Shown one piece after another: positions 54,426 through 64,000 of a DNA stretch of 64,000 bases. Both the position numbers and the translations under genes were made by a program. A model generated the notes under the pieces. The model was given only the letters and a program-made list of their open reading frames with translations. It did not search any database and had not been told where the DNA came from. Positions within the stretch are counted from its first letter, which is position 1; every line of letters begins with the position of its first letter. Origin of the DNA: Octopus vulgaris (Eukaryota); contig OX597831.1 of the NCBI GenBank assembly GCA_951406725.2, forward strand, positions 82,398,001-82,462,000, in the 5' to 3' direction.

Positions 54426-56016
54426 GCGATTCTAGAAACGACTCCATTGATGTAGATGAGCCATTGTGTCTAACAGCCAACTGACTCAGCTGTGTCTTTG
54501 TAAACATGAATGCAATCACTATATTGGGAGATGAACCACTGACAGTTGAATTAGCAGTCTAAAACTGTATCATCTGACCAACTACAAATTCTGCCGATGA
54601 ATAACTACAATTTCGATATCTATTGCTGACTGTGTGAAATGGACTGAAACCTCAATGAAAAGCTAAACCTAAGCTGTGACAATGTCCGTAGAAGAAGGTG
54701 TAGCTATTTCCTGTTTAAACAACTGAAATGAAATAAAAACATCATTAAACAAGGTACCTGATATATTCTGATAGATCAGGTTTTCATTGAAATGATTGCG
54801 TATATTAGCAATTAAGCCAGTTTCGTCTAAACCACATATCCAAATCTGATGTTCAATAGTTATTGATTGCAGCTGCCAAACAATTTCATTATTTGATTAC
54901 CTCATATTTCAGGATAATAACAAAGTCCAACCTTTGTAAGTCACCTTACGACTAATTACTCTTGCTATTAACCTGGTTTTAACAACCTACCAGGCTTCTG
55001 AGTGAGTGTGTGCTGCAGAGACTCTTTGGTTTCTCTTTAATATAACAAAAACCACATGAAAGGCTTACAGTTTAAGCTAAAATAAGCCTCCCTCGTCCAA
55101 CTAGAGAACATCTAAGAAAGAGCAAATCAAAGCTCCCCCAATTGCCTTTCAGTAAAAATAATAACAAAAGGTGGAACTTTAATGTTGTCCTAGTCACACT
55201 GAATGTAAGTGGGGATGGTCGTTAGTGGAATTGCTTTGATGATTTGCTGAGTCAGGACTGACCAGGAGTTAAACAACAATTACAACAATATCTATTACAG
55301 AAATGAATTAATAATTCCAATTTGACTGGAAGGATCTTTCAAGACATCATCATGTCCATCGTGTTGAGAATCTCAGACGGTGGGTGGCTGATCAATTAAC
55401 TTAGTATTTCTCATGGAGGAGAGATAGGGTTTGAATTGAAAAGATGGCAGACAAATTGCCATGTTTAGGGGGATTCTGGTTTTTAAATTTGTCCAAAACC
55501 ATACTGGTGAATACAGAAGAATTCTAGGGGTATAAATTGTCGTTTGTGTTCTGAGAAATAAAAAGGGAAGTGAATAATATTTGGGCAAGGATGGTGGTAG
55601 TATTTATCTGTCTGACAGCCACCATTGTTCTTTTAACTCATTGGTAGAGGTCTAACTCGTGCACTGTTGGATGTAATGAAGGGCATATTTCCGTGGAGGA
55701 CAAGGAGACCCGAAGATATTGGCTGATGTTATTTGCACATTAATACAGTGATCAGTCTGTGTGGCTATTGAATGGGGTAGTCACATGTGGATTGATAAAC
55801 AATGCAACTATTACTAACTGCCATTGTATAAATTTAAATGGTTTCCTCAAAAGTTTTACAGTTTTTGATGATCATCTCCACTTATGTCTAGACATGACAG
55901 TAATTTTGTAGTAAAGAACCAAACTGACTCATCTGAAGAATTACTTCCTAATTTCAATGTCTGGCATTTTTCTGAAGCATTTTCAGATGATTGATATGAA
56001 ACAGTGAAATGACGTT

Positions 56017-56240
56017 CATCATCATCATCATCGTTTAATGTCTGCTTTCCATGCTAGCATGGGTTGGACGATTTTGACTGAGGGCTGGGAACCAGATGGC
56101 TGCACCAGGCTCCAATCTGGCAGAGTTTCTACAGTTGGATGTCCTTCCTAACGCCAACCACTCTGAGAGTGTAGTAGGTGCTTTTTACGTGCCACCAGCA
56201 CGGGGGCCAGTCAGGTGGTACTGGCAATGACCTCGCTCGA
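56017..56240 (-). mobile_element. Family A element, 5'-truncated
   Basis: Highly similar to 38411-38650 and 19957-20190. Confidence 0.85.
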
Positions 56241-57045
56241 GGCGACGTTCAGTTTATTTTAATGGCACCAGGCTGTGCCACTAAACTGATTGTAGCAGGA
56301 TTACTGGAGTCATGCCACTTGACACAAAGTTACACTCATTTGCTCACACATGCAAATAAAAGGTTTCTCCCAACCTAAAGCTTAAACCCTGGAAGCAGCA
56401 AAACTAAACAGGGAACTGCTATAAGCCTTGTGTTGTGTCCCATGGATAAACCAGACAAGTCATAGGAGTATCTAAGCTGGAGTATATTCAGGAGTGTCTT
56501 GGTTATAGAAATACTTGCTCCAACTGTCTGAAAATACTCCTTTTATTGTGGAAAAATGCAGACACAGAACTTCCTTACTTTTTTAATAGTAGTAATTCCT
56601 AATGATTATATCAATTATCTTTGTTAATTAGTTCTAATGACTGTATTATACACAGCATCAGCTCTAGTTTCTTCTGCTGTCATCACCTACAAATGCAGTC
56701 CATGCTGGAGCAAGTTCTATTTATCATACATTTTAGACTCAACACATTGAAAATATGTAAAGCACAGGCATCACCAATATCTATGCTCATTAGATAAAAC
56801 AAATCTCCTTCAATCATTCTCATCCTCATCATTTAATGTCTGTTTCCCATGCTGGACTCATTACTGTGGCTACCACTACCACCACAACAGCAGCAACCAC
56901 AAAACTCTTTCCTCCAAATTTCTTTGTAAGATTTCTCTGTCAAATAGACATAAACTGGTTCAATACTTAAATTGTGCAAACTTAGAAAGAGACACAACAC
57001 AAACAATATGGAAGAGAATAAGAAAACGTAATGATAATAATAATA

Positions 57046-57265
57046 TCAAGAGCACTCAGAGAGCGCAAACCTCTGCCAAGGCACCACCAATGTCCTCTCA
57101 ACGATTAGCCAAAGATGATTTTTAAAATGAGAATATCGGAAATAAACTCGATTGCTCTCACAAGCGAGAATACTAAAAATGAACCCGAACCCTCTCAATA
57201 ATTAAGTAAAAAAAAAGTGGAAAAATAATCCAGAATCCCTTGTCCAGAACTTGATCAACCTCAAT
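57046..57265. mobile_element. Unclassified repeat, possibly Helentron/DINE-like non-autonomous fragment
   Basis: Begins caagagcactcagagagcgcaaacctctgccaagg with a short hairpin. The classification is inference. Confidence 0.35.
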
Positions 57266-57299
57266 GGTAGTAATGGAATGTGAAAGTAGGTGAGCGAGT

Positions 57300-57535
57300 C
57301 ATGTTTGTCATGCTGTGTGTTATCTGCAGTGGGAACAGGGACAGTTTTCTCTATGAAACCCTTTTTTAGTCTATCCACTGATATAGTGTTTTCATGACCA
57401 TTAAGGTCCATAGTGAAAAATTTATCCGTGTGTGAAAGAAAACAAAAAAGGACCTGCATACAGTACTGTTAATGGAGGTTTAACAACATCGTCGCATACA
57501 AAAATGTGAGCCCAAGAAGTAAAGCTTCCTTCAAA
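57300..57535 (-). mobile_element. Gypsy/Ty3 integrase C-terminal (GPY/F) fragment
   Basis: Reverse strand WAHIFVCDDVVKPPLTVLYAGPF, then after a frameshift TDKFFTMDLNGHENTISVDRLKKGF. Confidence 0.8.
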
Positions 57536-57539
57536 GCAG

Positions 57540-57956
57540 AGCTAGAACATTCTTCAAAATGGTTCTGACCCTAAATGCAGATTATGCAACACATTTGATG
57601 AAATAATAGACCATCTTGTTTCAGGATATCCTTTGCCGAGACCAAACGAATACAAAAATTGCCACGATAGGGTAGGATAGTATTTACACTGGAAAATATG
57701 TAAACACTACAAAATCAACACTCCTGCTGACTGTTTAGAACATCATCCAGAGCCAGGAGTTGAAGGTAAAAATGTTGCTGTCCTCTGGGATTTTCCAGTC
57801 AACACTGACAGAACAATCCAAGCTAATCGACCAGACATAATTATTAAAGACAGAGAAGAAAATACTCGTAGACTAATAGATGTAAGTGTTGCCACTGATA
57901 AAAATATATCTGTAAAGGAATTCGACAAATTAAGTAAATATAAGGACCTGGAAATT
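57540..57956 (+). mobile_element. Fragment of an RLE-type (R4/Dong-like) non-LTR retrotransposon: zinc knuckle plus restriction-like endonuclease
   Basis: DPKCRLCNTFDEIIDHLVSG(Y)...EYKNCHDRVG*YLHWKICKHY...VLWDFPVNTDRTIQANRPDIIIKDREENTRRLIDVSV...KEFDKLSKYKDLEI, with one in-frame stop. Absent from the ORF track. Confidence 0.9.
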
Positions 57957-58022
57957 GTTGTTAACACATTTTGGCTGATATACCCTCCAGCCTTCTCATT
58001 CCTAAGGTATTTTTTGATGTTG

Positions 58023-58054
<32 letters not shown>

Positions 58055-58100
58055 GTTATTGTTATTGTTATCATTATTGTTATTATTGTTATTATTGTTA

Positions 58101-58145
<45 letters not shown>

Positions 58146-58411
58146 GCCCACAGGCATACGACGTAGTGGTTAAGAGCACAGGCTACAAACCCCAAGATTC
58201 TGCATTCAATTCCAGGCAGTGACCTGAATAATAATAATAATAACAATAACATCGAAAAGTACCTCAAAATTTCCCCCAAGACACCTGATGAAGGCTGGAG
58301 GGTATATCAGCCAAATTGTGTAAACCACAAACAAGATGAGGACAAATATCCATTAAATGTAAATAATGTAAATAATGTACACAATTCTTCACCTCTTAAA
58401 TATAGAACTGT
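57955..58411. mobile_element. Head-to-head inverted pair of a tRNA-headed short element carrying a hammerhead-like motif
   Basis: Plus copy 58153-58411 has A-box-like gacgtagtggtt, B-box-like attcaattcc, (TAA)n, and CTGATGA (58285-58291) a ggctg-gagggtatat-cagcc aaa. The partial minus copy 57955-58148 shares aaggctggagggtatatcagccaaa. Confidence 0.7.
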
Positions 58412-58495
58412 CTTATTTTATTTAACTTGGTGGAATTCATAGTTAGAGTATAAAGAACCAGAATAAATGCTGTTATGCATTTTGTCCAGCTCACC

Positions 58496-58551
<56 letters not shown>

Positions 58552-58565
58552 TGATGATGATGATG
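58496..58565. repeat. (TAA)n(TGA)n microsatellite
   Basis: Direct reading. Confidence 0.95.
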
Positions 58566-61564
58566 TTTACAAATTTTGGTACAAGGCTGGCAACTTTAGT
58601 GAGAGAGAATTCGTCAGTTACATCAGTAGCAGTGCTACTGAGAGGCATTTACAATACTAACCATGGTAGTGTTGTCAGTTACGCCTGCCCAGGATGCGTA
58701 CAGAGCAATGGAACTGTTCTGCTCAAGCTTATACAGTGCTTCTAGAATTATGTGAAACATGCAATCTCATGTAGAACAGATCCAGCTATTGACCAGCTCC
58801 ATTGTGAAGATTGCTCTGCCATTATCCTTTGATCAGGAAAAGCAGGCAGTTTCCCTCTGTCTTGTGGCTATGGCAAAAGAAGTTGTGTGGTGGACAACAC
58901 TGAAGACAGACATTCCTCTTTGACCAAGCTCTCATTGATGTTTACAAGTTCCACATAAAAAGAAAAGTGGAGGTGGAGATGGAGGTTCCCCTTCTCTTCC
59001 CCAGTAAATTTGGCCCCATTGAATGGACTGACTCTAAGTCTACACTTTTAGGTTGAAAAGTGTGTGGGGGGGGGAGGAACACTTGCCACTTCTGGTAAGT
59101 AGTTGAGATCTGTTGAGTTCCTTGGTTGCCCCCAGGTGTCATTTCCCTGTTTCTGGGGAATTTTGTGGTTAAAATTTTCTTGTTAATTATTTTTTTAGAT
59201 CGTTCACATGTTTCTACATAACCCCCCCCCCCCCACTGTCCTTTGCCTTTTTATTTCCTAAAAAGATTTCTGTTACCCTTGTGGCTTATAAAGTATTATT
59301 ATCATGACTTCAAGCATTGACATATAGCCAGATATAGTGGTAAGGGAGGCTCCAGCCAATTAAATCCACCCCAGTACATGTCTGGTACTTATTTAACTCC
59401 TGAATGATGCAAACCAATGTATAAACTCCAGTAAGTTGAGAGCTGGACTGTTGTTCATTTTAACACCAGAAGAAAGACTGACAAAGTCAATTTTCGTAGG
59501 ATTTGAAATAAAATCACAGGCGAATCTCACTTAATGCCACATTATACTATGTCTGATGTGTAACTGTTGTTGATAAATATTTTAATAAAACTGATTTTCT
59601 AATGATGACGATGACGACGACACGTTCATACAGCCAACAGTCTCAGTGGTGTTATTTAATATATTTTTTGTGACTTTTAACACTGCAATATCTTTAAAAC
59701 TCCAATCCGCTCTGACATGTACATATGATGTAATATCAACATGAAACAAATAAAATTCTGTTTTATCTGTCATTTCAAGGATTTTAACAGGAAAATTTCT
59801 TCTCTCAAGCAAAACAAAATATAAATTAAAAATAAAACAATGAAAATCTTTTGAAGAACATACAAAATGAATAAAGTAAATAATAAAATGTAAATAAATA
59901 AAATTGAAATTAAAAGAGAATTTCAAGATGTTGTGAAGTATGTGCAACAAGGTGAGAAAAGGGAGAAAATAAGAACAGAATTGTTCAAGTCGATGACATA
60001 TGTCAGAATAATGTCTGGAATTTCAGTATTAAAACATTGATTCTACAAAGAATGGATTGTTAAAATGGAGGGAGGGTCTTTTAAAACATAGATTATTAAT
60101 CTGAAGAGATTCTGGAAAGAATAGATTTGTTTAAATAGTGAATAAAGAGTGGGTTGTCAAACCAAAGTGAGACTATTTGATGTCTGGATTGTTAAAATAG
60201 AAGCAGAACAATTAATCAGGGGTTGACAGAATAAAAATGCCAAAGATGACCAACAAAACATCTTGAAATCAAATGATATTTCAAGAATGGTTTTGTAAGT
60301 CCTTCATGGTGTTACTAGTGTATTCTGGGACTGTTTGCTACTTAAAAATAAGGGGCAGGCATCAATCCAAGAAATAAGGTTCCCCCCATTAGAAATTAGG
60401 GAATCAACAAGGAGGTATCTACAAGGCAATTTGATCCGCTCAAAACAGAAGCATAGCTGTATGGTTAAGAAGTCTACTTTGGAAGCACATGATTCCTGGT
60501 TCAATCGCACTGTGCCCCCTTGGGTAGGTGCCTTCTATCATAGGCTCAAATTGATGAAATCTTTGTGAATAGAATTTGGGAGACAGAAACAAAGTTTAAT
60601 CCTGGTGTGTGTGTTTCAGCAATGTATATTGGATGACAATGTAAAAATGAACATGACCCCGCTCTTCACCCAATATATGCTTTACAGGGTCCTTGAAATA
60701 TTTGTTCTGTATCAAGCTAGAGACACTCCCTTGTCATTCTCATGGGGAGCTGGTTATTTGGAAACTTGCGACTGACCATTGTTCACCAATTGTAATGTAT
60801 AATAAAAAAAAAACAACAAAAATGGTTTCGAATTTTGGTACAAGGCCAGCAATTTTAAAGTGGGGTGGGGTGTAGCCATTTATATCAAACCTAATACTTG
60901 ACTGGTTCTTATTTCATCAAACCCAAAAGGATGAGAAGCAAAATAGACCTCAGCAGTATTTGAACTCAGAATGTGAAGCTGGAAGAAATGCTGCCAATCA
61001 CTTTATCCAATGCTTTAACAATTCTGCTAAATCACCACCAATAATTATTAATAATTATTGCCGAAATAAAGAGAACTGTTTACACTGTGGAGATGTTACT
61101 ATAGGACTAACATTCGGTAATTGCTCTCTGTTCAGCATTGAGATAGGACAGGGAAGAGCTTCTGATAAAAAGACAATTACAAAGATGATGATGATGATTG
61201 TAGTGACAATGCTAACATCATTGCTACACAGTAACACAATCTACAAAAACTGTCATCAGATTGTGTATAATAATAATACTTCGAGGTTGGGGTTGGGGTT
61301 GGGGGTCTAATTAAAGATGAGATAAAGAATCTCTTCAACAAAAACCAGAATAGGGAAAGAAAAAACATTTATAGACAATTTGAATGGTAGTGGCAGCAGT
61401 GGTGGTGGTGGTGGTGGTGGTGGTGGTACAGTGGCAGTGTAGGGAAGGGTACAGTGGTGCCGGTGGATCTGAATCAACCCATCAACTAATTAAGATGTTT
61501 CTTCAGCAATTCAGATAAAAAGCACGGAACTCAATTGGAACTTGTACAAAATAATAACAATAAC

Positions 61565-61607
<43 letters not shown>

Positions 61608-62361
61608 TTTCAAAAAATTTTGATCAAAATATTGACAACTATTTCAAAAATTCCCATTATCGATTATTTTTTTCTTTTTGCCAAATTTCAATAAAATTTC
61701 AAATGTTTTCGTTTCTGACTCAGAAAATTTTTTTTTTTACATCAGTATCACGAAAATAAGTCAAGAACAGGTAATATTTTAATTGGATAGCTTAATTATT
61801 CTAATTAATTAGTTTTCTGGATGAATTGTATTTGCAATTTTTTCCATTTGTTTTATTATTTCCAAATATGATGAACAGAAATAGTTTTGAGATGAATAAA
61901 CTGTGCAGCACTATCATAAAATTTGCTGAGCCACTGAAATGACAATGTTTGGAAAAACGATTTTAATCAGACAGGGAAATATTGGAGATTTTTACAGGTA
62001 AGAATTGCTGATTTAAGGGGTTACCTGATAGAATATTTAGAAAACAAAGTCCCAAAGTAGTAACATGTAAGAGTTAACAATTGCAACAGAACAAATCTAT
62101 AAAAGCCAAAGATGGTATCTCTACAGAGTTGACTTGCTAGAAACAGCAACTGAAATTCCCTCAGATCACACAATACTTTTTCAAGGAAAGGAAAGTCACA
62201 CTAGATAATGCATTGCAGGCTACATATCGGATAAAACACTATGGAACATCACTGCCTGGCATCTGTCTGCTGCTTAGAATATCCTGCACGTGTGCGGGTG
62301 TGCGTGTATGTGTAGATACCTAGCTAGACAGGCAGACAGATAGATATTATTCTTATACAAG

Positions 62362-62670
62362 AAATTGTAGTTAAGATACCCATGCCAGTGACATGTTAAA
62401 AGCACCGTCCGAACATGGCAGATGCCAGCACCACCTGACTGGCGTCCGTGACACGTAAAAGCCTCCCCTGGCACCTGTGCCGGTGGCATGTAAAAAGCAC
62501 CCACTACACTCACGGAGTGGTTGGCGTTAGGAAGGGCATCCAGCTGTAGAAACACTGCCAGATCAGACTGGTGCCTGGTGCAGCCTCCTGGCTTCTCAGA
62601 CCCTGGTCGAACCGTCCAACCCATGCTAGCATGGAAAACGGACGATAAACGATGATGATGATGATGATGA
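62362..62670 (+). mobile_element. Family A element
   Basis: aaattgtagtt..gatacccatgccagtg start as in the 10760 and 25525 copies, three internal motifs, conserved 3' part and (ATG)n tail. Confidence 0.88.
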
Positions 62671-64000
62671 AGAATGTCTTTAATAGTGACAGGCCAGCTT
62701 AGCTATCATCGGACTGAAGTCCAACAATGGCTTTGCTGGCCAAAACTTTGCAACCACTGTCAAGAACATTCTCGCATACGAATACTGAAACTGTTTCTAT
62801 GGTAACTGAAAATGATGAAAACAGACAGACAGAAATGTGTGCTTAAAAAACAGAAACCTCTTGACTTTACACCAAAGATTTTCAGATTACAAATGCCAAT
62901 TATTTCTACCAAATATTCTTGAGAGAGACTAAGACAGGGTTCTTGCTTAGCCTGTCATTACCAAATATTTCCCAGTCAATGTTTCAGCCTTCAGAGGGGC
63001 TGGGATGGTCAGGGAACAATGTGTTTTGAGTCCTAACCCTTAGATCAACCCACTTTACTCTTGTTGGTACAATGTTCACTAGAGACGTAGAGTTCTGTTG
63101 AAGAACTTACCACATCGAACAGCAACAACAACAACAACAGTGCTTTATGTCAGACACAACTGCAATACAATAATCTCTGGTATTATGACATCTCATTAAG
63201 GACATCCATGATTTTTCTATTTCACTAACCATTTTCTATGCCTTCTATAGAAGATACTTGTTCATTGACCAAACCTGGCATTTCCTCCACCAACATTCAC
63301 CAATCAGAGGAAAGGAAGGGATACTATAGAAATAACAACAACAATGACAACAACAACATTTGATACTAGGAACACTAAGTAGGAAGAAGATGAAGAAAGG
63401 ACAATGGAAAAAAAATATTATAAGATATACTGGTCAGAGAGGAAAGGTGTTGGGGTACACTCTGATTAACTAGGGCAGGCATTGTGGTGTGCCCCTGTGT
63501 AGCACACAATTTTGTTATGGATTTAGTTGACCAAACAATAAACCAGTTCCAGCATTGGGTCATGGGAGGAGGGATGCAAGCAAGAAGAGTTTGCTGGTGA
63601 CAGTAATATTAGTAATCAGTGTGAGGAATGGTAATGGTTGCAAGCAAGTTAACATTCCTTGACTTTTCAGCTCATGAGGTAAGGGTTTGCTTCAGGCAAT
63701 TTCACCTTTTCCCCTTTTTCCCCAGGCTTAGCCTCAGGGCTCTTAGTTGCTCAAACCCATTTCCATCACAGGGAAAAGAAACATTTGAGAGCAACAGTAG
63801 GATTTCCAATTGTAGAAGATACTAACACAGAATTGATTGGAACTTGAAAAAAATTGGTTGTGGAAACTTGTTCTCTTTGTGAAAATGGTGAGTAAAAAAG
63901 CTAGAATGGCTGTTACTGCAAAATCATCTCACTGTCGATAATGTACTACAATGGTGAGTTGGTTTTGATGTAAGACATTGCCATAGAATTACTTCACTCT

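Noticed and set aside
55330-55760. Possible additional retroelement coding remnant (also 47600-48160 and 14980-15560)
   Set aside because: Non-microsatellite tracts that may be old TEs, but no diagnostic motif was recognisable without a database search.
57743-58279. Longest ORF in the track (178 aa, minus strand)
   Set aside because: It is an antisense read-through of the RLE fragment, the (TTA)n tract and the short element, not a gene.
63660-63690. Plus-strand microexon-like ttttcag|ctcatgag|gtaagg
   Set aside because: An 8-nt candidate with no partner exons. Expected by chance in 64 kb.

Overview
AT-rich, microsatellite-dense metazoan DNA with a SINE repertoire typical of an Octopus genome (OK-like, OR1/Meta-like and OR2/CORE-like families; taxon inferred from repeats only). 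The window lies inside one host gene on the minus strand, CASK/LIN-2. Only three coding exons were found (37229-37038, 35739-35661, 31874-31789). They have canonical AG/GT sites and encode the end of the second L27 domain and most of the PDZ domain, and they sit between introns of >26 kb and >31 kb. The rest is intronic: many SINEs, a non-autonomous Helitron, a deleted mariner, and fragments of RTE, R4/Dong-like, Gypsy and Penelope-like elements. Almost all ORFs in the supplied track are spurious. No new protein-coding system is supported. The most interesting signals are non-coding: two perfect long palindromes near the exons, hammerhead-like motifs in several Penelope-type repeats including a tRNA-headed one, a SINE with a variable internal hairpin array, and an exon layout suited to in-frame circRNA formation. 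Repeat boundaries were read by eye and are approximate unless a TSD or terminus is cited.
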